A stretch of 64,000 bases of DNA, from contig CAZZZL010000011.1 of assembly GCA_964658655.1 (NCBI GenBank), forward strand, positions 15,774-79,773. Reading direction: 5' to 3'. Positions 1 to 8,331 of this stretch are shown here, one piece after another. A program made the translations under genes and the position numbers. The notes under the pieces are model-generated. The model saw only the letters and a program-made list of their open reading frames with translations. It was not told where the DNA came from and ran no database searches. Within the stretch, counting starts at the first letter, position 1, and every line of letters begins with the position of its first letter. The DNA is from an uncultured Acetobacteraceae bacterium (GTDB lineage: Bacteria; Acidobacteriota; Terriglobia; Terriglobales; Acidobacteriaceae).

Positions 1-605
1 GGCCGCGTCATGTGCTGTCGGCCGTGCGACTGTTCAGCCGCATGTTGAATCAGCCCACGCTGCATAATGCCGATGATCGCAATCAGTAGCCCCGCGAGCA
101 CGCCTACTACCAGCGCAGGCTTGTAGCCACGGGACAGGGCAGCGGCAGTCGCGGCGGAGCCGAGCATGCCACCCAAGCTCCACACGCCGTGGAAGAGAGA
201 AATGGTGCGGCGGCCCATCTGCTTTTCGACGACCACTCCCTGCGAGTTCATGGCGACATCCATCGATGCGCCTGAAAGTCCAAGCAGCAGGAGGCCGACG
301 GCCATGATCCACGGGGCCGGCGCAATCACTGCCAGGGTGAGTGCAAGGGGCATCAGGCAGCCGCCGATGACGACCACGCGTTTGCTGCCGATCTTTGAGG
401 TGAGCCAGCCGGCCAGCGGCATAGCGAGTGTCGCGCCGCAGCCGCCGGCAAGCAGGATGGCGCCAAGCTGCGCCGGGTTCAGGCCAAGCTCACGCGCCTT
501 GTCCGGCACATGCGGCACCCATCCGCCAATAACACTGCCATTGACGAAAAAGCAGGCCGCGACTGCGATGCGGGCGCGAGTGGCGCTGGTAGAGTCAGCC
601 GCCAA
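1..605 (-). CDS. MFS transporter, N-terminal ~200 aa (3' end lies beyond the left edge of the window)
   Basis: A minus-strand frame is open from TTG 605..603 to position 3. It is absent from the ORF track because there is no stop in the window. My translation gives six hydrophobic helices (RIAVAACFFVNGSVIGGW, LGAILLAGGCGATLAMPLAGWL, VVVIGGCLMPLALTLAVI, WIMAVGLLLLGLSGASMDVAM, ISLFHGVWSLGGMLGSAA, ALVVGVLAGLLIAIIGIM). The basic loop SKIGSKR follows TM2, as in MFS_1. Confidence 0.6.
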   Translation of the reverse strand, partial: MAADSTSATRARIAVAACFFVNGSVIGGWVPHVPDKARELGLNPAQLGAILLAGGCGATLAMPLAGWLTSKIGSKRVVVIGGCLMPLALTLAVIAPAPWIMAVGLLLLGLSGASMDVAMNSQGVVVEKQMGRRTISLFHGVWSLGGMLGSAATAAALSRGYKPALVVGVLAGLLIAIIGIMQRGLIQHAAEQSHGRQHMTR

Positions 606-785
606 TCAGTGGCTCGTGCGGATGTTGTACAGCAGGAAGAAGACGAGGGCGAAGCCGCCAAGCAAAGAGACCAGGATGAACCCGCCGAGCGCGACCGAGA
701 CCTGGCGCTCTTTCTCCGGTGCCGGGCGTGTGATGCCGAAGGTGCCAATAAACACTTCGGACAGGTAAATGAGCAGGCGCATCAT
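606..785 (-). CDS. possible 59-aa two-helix membrane peptide, upstream of and in frame with the MFS gene
   Basis: ATG ATG at 785..780 and TGA at 608..606. Translation: MMRLLIYLSEVFIGTFGITRPAPEKERQVSVALGGFILVSLLGGFALVFFLLYNIRTSH. It is just under the apparent 60-aa cutoff of the track. No family recognised. Confidence 0.3.
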   Translation of the reverse strand: MMRLLIYLSEVFIGTFGITRPAPEKERQVSVALGGFILVSLLGGFALVFFLLYNIRTSH

Positions 786-978
786 CCTGTCTCTAGGGTA
801 CGGTACTTACGGTCAGGGCGCACGCGCTACGCGATCTCGATAGTGATTTCAGACATTACAGGTCGCGCCTGAACGCCCGGCCATTAAACAGTCCGACGCA
901 ACCTGCAGGCCTGCCCGGCGACACAGGGTTCTACCGACGGAAGCATGAACGCGCGGCGTGCCCGCCCGTAACGGTGAG

Positions 979-2115
979 TTAGAGGTTGCCGCGGGTTTCC
1001 TGTTCGCGTTCGATTGCCTCGAAGAGTGCCTTGAAATTGCCTTTGCCGAAGGAACGGCTGCCTTTGCGCTGGATGATCTCGTAGAAAAGCGTTGGACGGT
1101 CTTCCACAGGACGCGTGAAAATCTGCAGCATGTAACCTTCATCGTCGCGATCGACCAGGATGCCCAGCTTTTCAAGCTCCTCGATCGGTTCATCAATCTT
1201 GCCCATGCGCGTCTGCAGATCGGTGTAGTAAGCATGTGGGACTTTCAGGAATTCGATGCCCTGGTGTTGCAACTGGGTGACGGTCGCGATGATGTCATCG
1301 GTCGCGAGGGCCAGGTGCTGGATGCCGGGGCCATGATAGTACTCCAGGTATTCTTCGATCTGCGACTTGCGACGACCTTCCGCAGGCTCATTAATGGGGA
1401 ATTTTACGCGGCCATTGCCGTTGGCCATCACTTTGGACATAAGGGCGGAGTATTCCGTCGAGATGTCGGCGTCATCGAAGTGCTGATACAGGGAAAAGCC
1501 CATGATGTCCCCGTAGTAGTCGACCCAGCGGTTCATCTCGTTCCAGCCAACGTTTCCGACCATGTGATCGATGTGCAGCAGGCCAGTCGGGCGGGCCAGC
1601 GGATCGGTGGCAACGGCGCGATAGCCGGGCAAAAATGGTCCTGTATAGCGGCTGCGGTCGACAAAGGTGTGGACCGTGTCGCCATAGGCGGCGATGGTCG
1701 CCAGGTGAACCGTACCGTGCTCGTCTTTCATTTCGAAGGGTTCGCGGACACTGCGAGCGCCGCGCTTCGTCGTCTCGCGCCAGGATTGGCGAGCGTCATC
1801 CACCCAGAGCGCCACGTCACGGACACCGTCGCCATGGCGATGGATGTGGTCGGCAATCTCGCCGGCCGGGCGCAGCGGCGTAGTGAGCACAAAACGGATC
1901 TTGCCTTGCTGCAGCACATAAGACGCGCGGTCGCGCTGACCGGTCTCCGGACCGGCGTAGGCCACCAGGCTCATGCCGAACGCGACGCGGTAGAAGTATG
2001 CAGCCTGGCGGGCATTGCCAACGTAGAACTCGACATGATCGGTGCCATTAAGGGGTAGGAAATCCTTGGCCGTCTGCACCTCGGGGTGCTGACGGCGATC
2101 AATCGTGGTTGCCAT
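979..2115 (-). CDS. hppD: 4-hydroxyphenylpyruvate dioxygenase
   Basis: 378-aa ORF with two VOC-fold halves and the characteristic C-terminal SFGKGNFKALFEAIEREQ motif. ATG at 2115..2113 is preceded by AGGAG. Confidence 0.95.
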   Translation of the reverse strand: MATTIDRRQHPEVQTAKDFLPLNGTDHVEFYVGNARQAAYFYRVAFGMSLVAYAGPETGQRDRASYVLQQGKIRFVLTTPLRPAGEIADHIHRHGDGVRDVALWVDDARQSWRETTKRGARSVREPFEMKDEHGTVHLATIAAYGDTVHTFVDRSRYTGPFLPGYRAVATDPLARPTGLLHIDHMVGNVGWNEMNRWVDYYGDIMGFSLYQHFDDADISTEYSALMSKVMANGNGRVKFPINEPAEGRRKSQIEEYLEYYHGPGIQHLALATDDIIATVTQLQHQGIEFLKVPHAYYTDLQTRMGKIDEPIEELEKLGILVDRDDEGYMLQIFTRPVEDRPTLFYEIIQRKGSRSFGKGNFKALFEAIEREQETRGNL

Positions 2116-2631
2116 GTTCTATACTCCTGGCCCGTATTCGAGCTGATTTGGTTCGTGGCTCATGCGCGGAAGCAGTTGTGCTCGCGACCCATCACCATAT
2201 ATCAGTGCTGTGACGCCTGACTAGGGGCTTGCCGACGGCGTAGGGCGTACTGCGGATCTATACTTACGGGTCGATCGCTCGCGATGCGTAGCAACCCCGG
2301 ATGGCTGTTCCAAAGATGGTATACAGGTGACAATGCAGGGGCTAAGCTGTACTGTCCTTTCAGCGCATGTTGGACGCCCCAGCGCCTTAAAGAAGGCCCT
2401 CCTTGGCCGATGATCCGCCTTTCTATCCGCAGAAGACAAAAAAGACGGGTCCCACGATTCAATCTGCCTTCACTGCTATCGAACCGTTCGCTCGGATAAG
2501 GAGCAGGATCTTGCGACGAGCGAGCGCTGTTATACCTGCGACCCGCGGGATACGCAGAGCCGGGCACGGAAATAGGCTTCAGCGTTTGCTACCGCACTGA
2601 CAAAAAAGTCTAAGAGTGAAAGCCTTGGTTC

Positions 2632-2790
2632 ATGATTGAGCCGCATGTAGTAAACGTGGACCGGATGAACGGGGACGTGGTCGTAAGTTTCGAAGACGGG
2701 GTCATTGCCCTGTATCCGGCCGCCCTGCTTCGAAGCATTCTGTCGCAGGCCCAGGTGTTTCCTGAAGCCGACGAAGAACCAGAAGACTGA
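2632..2790 (+). CDS. hypothetical small acidic-tailed protein (52 aa), not in ORF track
   Basis: ATG 2632 to TGA 2788-2790. Translation: MIEPHVVNVDRMNGDVVVSFEDGVIALYPAALLRSILSQAQVFPEADEEPED. It has a balanced, protein-like composition, unlike the Arg-rich frames around it. The protein-like stretch in antisense ORF 2530..3051 is its shadow. No strong SD. Confidence 0.35.
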   Translation: MIEPHVVNVDRMNGDVVVSFEDGVIALYPAALLRSILSQAQVFPEADEEPED

Positions 2791-2843
2791 TTCGCTGCGA
2801 CCAGCCAGACTTTTCAGGAGCGCGGCGCGGGACTTGATTTCTC

Positions 2844-3506
2844 CTAGAAGATGTCTGCGTATGCGAAGGGCCGCTCGCTGTGGCTGGTCCAGAAGTATCT
2901 CAGGATGATGACACTCGCAATGGCCGCATAGGCACACCAGAGCGATGTGAACGCGAAGCGCCGCACGGCGATGACGATCATCAGAATACCAAGGTTGACG
3001 GCGCCGAAAAGGATCATTGCGCGCACCTTGGAGAAGAAGAGCGATCCGCACGTAGCAATCACGTAGAGGATGGCAAGAGTGGTGTTGTTAGTCGCCGGGT
3101 TAATGTAAACAATACTGTTCTGCTGCACGTAGATATTCAACGGGTACGCCGCCAGTCCCCACAGCATGTAGAGCGTTGTCCCGCCGCCAAGGATGACGAA
3201 CGGCAGCATACGCATACGGCTGGCGCGATCCGGTTCGAACCAGAAAACGCTCAGCGGCAGCAGTAACGGAAGCAGGCCCTGCGCATAAATCACGAACGCC
3301 GCACCCATGTTGTGCGTGATGGTCGGTGACAGGATTCCGTCGAGCCCGAGCCAGACGAATCCCTCGATGAACTGGTGGAAGGCGAAAAGAGTTGGCAGCG
3401 CGGCAAAAAGCAATTCGCGCCGATGCCTTACGCGGGTGAGCGTGACCACGCCGATCGCTCCCAGTACGCCGCTGCCAACAAAGTTCGCTGCTGCTGAAAA
3501 GCACAT
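2844..3506 (-). CDS. multi-pass integral membrane protein (DUF6629-like), function unknown
   Basis: The track ORF 2844..3539 begins at GTG. The first ATG (3506..3504) gives MCFSAAANFVGSGVLGAIGVVTL followed by about 7 hydrophobic segments (FHQFIEGFVWLG etc). Confidence 0.65.
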   Translation of the reverse strand: MCFSAAANFVGSGVLGAIGVVTLTRVRHRRELLFAALPTLFAFHQFIEGFVWLGLDGILSPTITHNMGAAFVIYAQGLLPLLLPLSVFWFEPDRASRMRMLPFVILGGGTTLYMLWGLAAYPLNIYVQQNSIVYINPATNNTTLAILYVIATCGSLFFSKVRAMILFGAVNLGILMIVIAVRRFAFTSLWCAYAAIASVIILRYFWTSHSERPFAYADIF

Positions 3507-3612
3507 GGCCGATCCGCCCCTCTTGCCCGCTGCAATCACTATGACGCAAAAGCGTCTACAGAGTGCTCGGAAATGAAGCCCTTAGAATCGGAATGAGGGC
3601 ACAGCTACAGAC

Positions 3613-4650
3613 ATGCAGATAGGGATTGATAGTTTTGCGGCTCGAATTGTAGATCCAGTGACGAATGTCCTGCTTTCGCCGGTCGAACGGATGCAGAATC
3701 TGCTTGAAGAGATGGAGCTGGCCGACCAGGTGGGGCTCGACGTCTTCGGGATCGGTGAACACCATCGGGCGGAGTTTCTCGACTCTGCGCCGGCCGTCAT
3801 TCTGGCTGCCGCTGCAACGCGTACGAAGTCCATCCGCCTGGCGGCTGCGGTGAAAGTGTTGAGCGCCGATGACCCGGTGCGGGTGTTTCAGGAGTTTGCG
3901 ACGCTCGACCTGATTTCGCATGGGCGCGCTGAAATTGTCGTGGGGCGCGGCTCGTTTATCGAGTCATTCCCGTTGTTTGGACTGCCTTTCGAGGACTATG
4001 ACTCGCTTTTTACCGAGAAGCTCGACCTGCTGCTGAATATTCGCGAGAACACGCATGTCCACTGGTCTGGCAAGCATCGTCCAGCGCTGACCGGGCAGGC
4101 GGTGTTTCCGCGGCCGCTGCAGGAGACGTTGCCGATCTGGCTGGGCGTCGGCGGGACCCCGCAATCGTTCGCCCGCGCCGGCGCGCTTGGTCTTCCGCTG
4201 ATGGTGGCGATCATTGGCGGGGAGCCGCACCGCTTCCGGCCGCTCATCGATCTGTATCGCGAAGCAGCAAAGCGCGCCGGGCATGCCCCGGAGAAGCTGA
4301 TCGTTGGCATCCACTCCATTGGCTTCGCCGGCGATACGACGCAGCAGGCCGCGGACGACTTCTTTCCGGGCTACGCACAGACCTTCACGCAGATCGGCAA
4401 GGAGCGCGGCTGGCCGCCCACCACCCGCTCTCAATTTGACGCACTGCGCGGGCCGACCGGCGCCTTGATCGTCGGGGATGCTGAAACGGTGGCGGCCAAG
4501 ATGCTGTATGAGCACGAGGCTCTTGGCGGTTTGTCCAGGATGACCTTTCAGATGGGCGTTTCGATGATGTCCCATGCAAAGATGATGCACGCCATCGAAA
4601 TCCTCGGAACCAAGGTTGCGCCGATCATTCGCAAGGAACTCGGGCGCTAG
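3613..4650 (+). CDS. LLM-class (luciferase-like) flavin-dependent oxidoreductase
   Basis: 345 aa. The N-terminal IGIDSF...[14 protein letters not shown]...[11 protein letters not shown]...[29 protein letters not shown] is typical of the bacterial luciferase-like monooxygenase family. Confidence 0.85.
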   Translation: MQIGIDSFAARIVDPVTNVLLSPVERMQNLLEEMELADQVGLDVFGIGEHHRAEFLDSAPAVILAAAATRTKSIRLAAAVKVLSADDPVRVFQEFATLDLISHGRAEIVVGRGSFIESFPLFGLPFEDYDSLFTEKLDLLLNIRENTHVHWSGKHRPALTGQAVFPRPLQETLPIWLGVGGTPQSFARAGALGLPLMVAIIGGEPHRFRPLIDLYREAAKRAGHAPEKLIVGIHSIGFAGDTTQQAADDFFPGYAQTFTQIGKERGWPPTTRSQFDALRGPTGALIVGDAETVAAKMLYEHEALGGLSRMTFQMGVSMMSHAKMMHAIEILGTKVAPIIRKELGR

Positions 4651-4730
4651 AAGCTGCGAGGGTTGACTTTGTCCTGTTGCGGATGCCAAGCTTTAGAGTT
4701 TTGTAGAGGACGCATTCTGGAAGGGAAGTA

Positions 4731-5507
4731 ATGGCGACAGATTTGGGTCAACTGCCAGGCGTGGCGATTTCGGATGAACGACTGGCAGCGGCGCGACCTT
4801 ACCTGATCGATCAGGACTGGTCTGCCTACACGCCAGCACAGCATGCAGTCTGGACCGAGCTTGTGAGCCGGCGCATGCCGGAGCTCGAGATGCATGCATG
4901 CGCCGAGTACCTCGATGGCTTCGAGCGCATCGGTCTCCGCAAGGACGCCATTCCTGACCTGGCCGCGGTCAACCGCCGCCTGGGTCCGCGTACCGGCTGG
5001 AGTGCACGGCCCGTGAGCGGCTATCTTCCGGCGCCTGCGTTCTTCGAAATGCTCGCGACCCGCCAGTTTCCCACGACCATCAGTATCCGCGGTATAGAGT
5101 CGCTCGAGTACATTCCTGAGCCGGATATCTTTCACGATGTATTCGGCCATGTGCCCATGCACGCGCATCCGGTCTTCGCCGATTTCCTGCAGCACTATGG
5201 ACAGGTATGTACACAGCTGACGACAGAAGAGGACCTGTTGAAGATGGGTCGGCTCTTCTGGTTTACCGTCGAGTTCGGCGTGATCCGCCAGCAGGGCGAG
5301 ATCAAGCTGTACGGCAGCGGATTGATCTCGTCGCATGGCGAAGCAAGGTACGTCGTCGAAGGCGGACCAGAGATCAGGCCGTTCAACCTGGATGCCGTGA
5401 TGGCCCAGGACTTTTCCATCTCCGAGATGCAGCAGATTCTGTTTGCCGTCGAGTCGTTTGAAGAGATCTATGAGGCGACGGAGGAAGCCGAGCGAAGGCT
5501 GGGCTAG
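4731..5507 (+). CDS. phhA: phenylalanine 4-hydroxylase (pterin-dependent aromatic amino acid hydroxylase)
   Basis: 258 aa. Carries the iron-ligand motif PEPDIFHDVFGHVPMHAHPVFADF and the downstream FWFTVEFG...KLYGSGLISS. Confidence 0.9.
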   Translation: MATDLGQLPGVAISDERLAAARPYLIDQDWSAYTPAQHAVWTELVSRRMPELEMHACAEYLDGFERIGLRKDAIPDLAAVNRRLGPRTGWSARPVSGYLPAPAFFEMLATRQFPTTISIRGIESLEYIPEPDIFHDVFGHVPMHAHPVFADFLQHYGQVCTQLTTEEDLLKMGRLFWFTVEFGVIRQQGEIKLYGSGLISSHGEARYVVEGGPEIRPFNLDAVMAQDFSISEMQQILFAVESFEEIYEATEEAERRLG

Positions 5508-5607
5508 TCTGCAACTGCGGATGTGCCGTTTAGGCCGTCAGGCGATCCATTGTTACAGGATGGAAGGTTTTCGCTGATTGGGAAATCGCCTGCAACTTTA
5601 GATACAC

Positions 5608-6342
5608 ATGCAGAACTTTCTCTATCGAAAACAGGGGTCCATGCGAGAGAATGCAGCAGGAGTCAGAACATTGCCGCGTATTCACTTTCACCAGCAACTG
5701 GAAGACCTGAAGAGCAAACTGCTCGCGATGGCTGCGCTCGCGCAGCAGGCAGCCGAGTCGTCGGTGGAAGCCTACCTCCAGCGCGACCGCGGACTCTGCG
5801 AATATGTCTGGGAAAACGAAGCAGCGATCAACCTGGCCCACCGTGAAGTAGACGAGATGGCCTATGAGCTGCTCGCAAAAGAGCAACCGATGGCAGTTGA
5901 CCTGCGTTTCCTGCTCGCCGTCATCAAGATCAACGGAGATCTCGAGCGCATCGGCGACCAGTCCATGAGCATTGCCCAGCGCACGATCGATCTGCTGGAT
6001 ACCGAGAGTGTTCATCTTCCCGTGGACATTGCGGGGATGGGAAGCTATGCGGGAAAGATGATCCGTAAGGCGATCCAATCGCTGCTCGACGCTGATGCGG
6101 TGACGGCGGAAGCCGTGATCGCAATGGATGACGAGATCGACCGCATGAACCGGATGGCGCACGAGGATCTGACAGAAGTGATGTTGAAGCGTCCCGACGC
6201 GAGCCTGCAGATTCTGAACGCGATTGTGATTGCGCGCAACCTGGAGAGGGTAGCCGACCACGCGACGAATATCGCGATGGATGTGATTTTCTGGGTGAGA
6301 GGTGCCGACGTGCGGCACCAGATCAGCCTGGCCGTCGATTAA
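5608..6342 (+). CDS. phoU: phosphate signalling complex protein PhoU (start may be the internal ATG at 5641)
   Basis: Two-repeat PhoU architecture: HFHQQLEDLKSKLL..., REVDEMAYELLAKEQPMAVDLRF, INGDLERIGDQ in the first repeat; IARNLERVADHATNIA in the second. Confidence 0.85.
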   Translation: MQNFLYRKQGSMRENAAGVRTLPRIHFHQQLEDLKSKLLAMAALAQQAAESSVEAYLQRDRGLCEYVWENEAAINLAHREVDEMAYELLAKEQPMAVDLRFLLAVIKINGDLERIGDQSMSIAQRTIDLLDTESVHLPVDIAGMGSYAGKMIRKAIQSLLDADAVTAEAVIAMDDEIDRMNRMAHEDLTEVMLKRPDASLQILNAIVIARNLERVADHATNIAMDVIFWVRGADVRHQISLAVD

Positions 6343-6451
6343 GTCTCTGTCTCGCGCGACAAACAAGCAGGTTAGAAGGTTTGCCCAGGCAGGAATGTCA
6401 CGGTTGAAACCCCCCCGGTGCGCTTGCCCCTGCGCGATCCCCGGTGATTCA

Positions 6452-6826
6452 TCACGCGATCAGGCGGCCGGAGATCACTCCCAGGTAAACGGCGACATAA
6501 CCAACGACGACACTCAGGCCGACATTCAGGAGTGCCACACCAATCTGCCCCTGCGTCGCTTTCGCAAACGTCTCATATTCGAATGTGGAGAAGGTAGTGT
6601 AGGCGCCGACGAAGCCGACTGGCAGCAGCAGGCGCCAGACAGGGTTGATGCTGGTTCGTTCGTCGAGCACCGTGATCAACAGTCCGATCAGGAAGCATCC
6701 GCTGACATTGATGGCAAACGTGCCATAAGGAAAACGCGTGCCAAAACGGGCGTAGATGAGGTTTCCGAGCCAGTAGCGGGCGATGGCTCCTGCCGCGCCA
6801 CCGAGGGCTATCCAGAGATATTTCAT
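6452..6826 (-). CDS. crcB: fluoride ion channel CrcB/FluC
   Basis: 124 aa with four TM segments. GGAAGAIARYWL...FPYGTFAINVSGCFLIGLL...VGFVGAYTTFSTF is diagnostic of CrcB. Confidence 0.9.
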   Translation of the reverse strand: MKYLWIALGGAAGAIARYWLGNLIYARFGTRFPYGTFAINVSGCFLIGLLITVLDERTSINPVWRLLLPVGFVGAYTTFSTFEYETFAKATQGQIGVALLNVGLSVVVGYVAVYLGVISGRLIA

Positions 6827-6998
6827 CAGTGTGCTCGATCTCCTCGTTCAAAACATTGAAACTGTATATTCACGAAGGGTCAAGGCGGTAGCGTCGGGTA
6901 TTCCGCCGGTGAATGCTTTGCAACGCAATTGTCGCAGAGGCATTCCAACTGCTTTGCGACAGGTACAGGTCAGGTCATTCAAGGGATCAGGAGAAACG

Positions 6999-7721
6999 AT
7001 GCAGTCTGGGCAAATGATTCTTGCAGGAAACAAGAAAAGCCACCGGGAGTGGCGATCCAGATCACCGCGGTGCATGGCGATGTTCGCAGTCCTCACGGCG
7101 GCAGTCTCGACGATGAGTCACGCCCAGGCGCAGACGGCTGCCGCCGGTTCGCCTTCAGGCACAGCGAGCGCGAACACAGTAACAATCCATCTTGATCCCG
7201 AGGCGACGACGATCCGTTTCACGCTGAAGTCACTTCTGCACAGTGCGCGTGGAACGTTCAAACTGAAGGGCGGCGATGTCGTCACTAATCCTGCGACGGG
7301 TCTGGCCCAGGGCGAAGTGTTGATTGACGCGGCAAGCGTTTCGACCGGCGACGCGGGACGCGACGAAAAGTGGCGCAAAGACATTCTAGGCAGCACGACG
7401 TACCCGGCGATCATCTTCCACCCCACAAAAATCGAAGGAATGAAGGCCGCTAAGACCGCACAGCAATTAAAGGCCAGCGGAACGTTAACGGTGAGAGGCC
7501 AGGATCACCCGGTGGACATGATCCTGACGATGACCGCAGACGGAAAGAACGTCACCCTGTCGACGCACTTCGTTATCCCCTACGTGCAGTGGGGATTGCA
7601 GCAGGCGTCCGCGGGCATCGTCCGTTACGACAGGCAGATCGTGCTGGACGTGGATGCAAAAGGTTTTTTGAAAAATGAAACAGCAGTGCCTTCCGCGCCG
7701 CCTGCGGCTGATTCTCAGTAG
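6999..7721 (+). CDS. YceI-family (polyisoprenoid-binding-like) secreted protein
   Basis: The track ORF starts at 6783 and overlaps crcB. ATG 6999 follows AGGAGA. A signal-like AMFAVLTAAVSTMSHAQA is present. YceI motifs: IDAASVSTGDAGRDEKWRKDILGSTTYPAIIF and SGTLTVRG. Confidence 0.8.
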   Translation: MQSGQMILAGNKKSHREWRSRSPRCMAMFAVLTAAVSTMSHAQAQTAAAGSPSGTASANTVTIHLDPEATTIRFTLKSLLHSARGTFKLKGGDVVTNPATGLAQGEVLIDAASVSTGDAGRDEKWRKDILGSTTYPAIIFHPTKIEGMKAAKTAQQLKASGTLTVRGQDHPVDMILTMTADGKNVTLSTHFVIPYVQWGLQQASAGIVRYDRQIVLDVDAKGFLKNETAVPSAPPAADSQ

Positions 7722-7734
7722 CTGACTTCAACAG

Positions 7735-7770
7735 AATGCCCCATTCCGCCTCGCAGGGATGGGGCATTCC
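7735..7770. terminator. perfect 11-bp inverted repeat between convergent genes (possible bidirectional terminator)
   Basis: GAATGCCCCAT (7735-7745) pairs with ATGGGGCATTC (7760-7770) across a 14-nt loop. It lies 14 nt after the yceI-like stop. No flanking T-run, so it is not a canonical intrinsic terminator. Confidence 0.45.
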
Positions 7771-7796
7771 TGTCAGCGCTAAAGACCCGGACGGCC

Positions 7797-8072
7797 CTAC
7801 AGGTAGAACTGCCGGATCGCGTCATAAACATACATGCCAAGGATCGCGGCCGACATGGCGCAGGCTCCGACCGCAAAGGCTTTGACTGCGGGCTGAATTT
7901 TACGCATGCGCTGCAGGAGCATGTCCTGTTCATCATGCTGGTGTTTGGAGGACTCGTCGAGGAACAGGCAATCTTCCTCATAACGGGTAAGGGTTCCGCG
8001 ATAAATGAGGAGGGCCAGGAGTGCGACTGTGATTCCGGCCCACACCATCCAGAGAAGCGACATCAGTGTCAT
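7797..8072 (-). CDS. hypothetical small membrane protein (91 aa, TM helix at each end)
   Basis: ATG at 8072..8070. MTLMSLLWMVWAGITVALLALLIY ... AFAVGACAMSAAILGMYVY. No family recognised. Confidence 0.5.
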   Translation of the reverse strand: MTLMSLLWMVWAGITVALLALLIYRGTLTRYEEDCLFLDESSKHQHDEQDMLLQRMRKIQPAVKAFAVGACAMSAAILGMYVYDAIRQFYL

Positions 8073-8331
8073 AGAGCACCTCGGATTGAGCGTTCAAGCC
8101 GGTCCGGGTGCCGGACGGTCAAAAGCATGCCGTCCAGCAGAGGGGCCGTTCGGACTCGCACTATAGTCCTAAAAAATAACGATTGGGAAGTGATTTATAG
8201 GCACATCGCGCACCCTGGGGTAAGCATCACACTGCAGGCACAGCCGCCGGTATTGAATCACCAGAATGGAAGCACGCAGAGGAGAGTCGATGAACTTGAC
8301 AGCTGCCGCTAAGTCTCACTTTTTGAGGGAG

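Noticed and set aside
958-2058. Long antisense ORFs opposite real genes: 958..2058 (+) versus hppD, 5530..6366 (-) versus phoU, 11122..12222 and 12331..13305 (+) versus TPR/GH2, 16075..16848 (+) versus the esterase, 17564..18250 (+) versus rpsA, 22270..22956 (+) versus KdpD-N and the kinase 3' end, 24222..25433 (+) versus CRTAC1, 29148..29831 (+) versus the kinase, 54028..54924 (-) versus serS.
   Set aside because: High-GC genomes keep antisense frames open. These translations are Arg/Gly/His-rich, lack recognisable motifs, and each fully overlaps a gene with clear family signatures.
2116-2631. tmRNA, RNase P RNA, SRP RNA or a tRNA in the long hppD upstream gap
   Set aside because: By eye, neither strand contains GGAAAGTCCGG or ACAGAACCCGGCTTA (RNase P), a TTCGA-containing T-arm followed by CCACCA with an ...ALAA-type tag frame (tmRNA), or GGTCCGGAAGGAAGCAGC (SRP). 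GGTTCGATAGC at about 2470-2490 is part of a loop-less palindrome (CGAACGGTTCG), not a T-arm.
2530-3051. 173-aa minus-strand ORF with a partly protein-like stretch (GNDPVFETYDHVPVHPVHVYYMRLNHE)
   Set aside because: Its upstream half overlaps the DUF6629-like gene in another frame. The protein-like part has no start codon and is the antisense shadow of the 52-aa plus-strand ORF 2632..2790.
6827-6998. Fluoride (crcB-motif) riboswitch upstream of crcB
   Set aside because: The minus-strand leader lacks the conserved GGCGATG...CGCC...AAC(C/G)GC...GCTGATGA...CCTAC pattern. Only an unrelated CGGCGGAATACCCGACGCTACCGCC segment is present.
6783-6998. The 72-aa N-terminal extension of the YceI-like ORF in the track
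   Set aside because: It overlaps the crcB start region on the other strand and is compositionally odd. It also precedes a good AGGAGA-ATG (6999) followed by a signal peptide.
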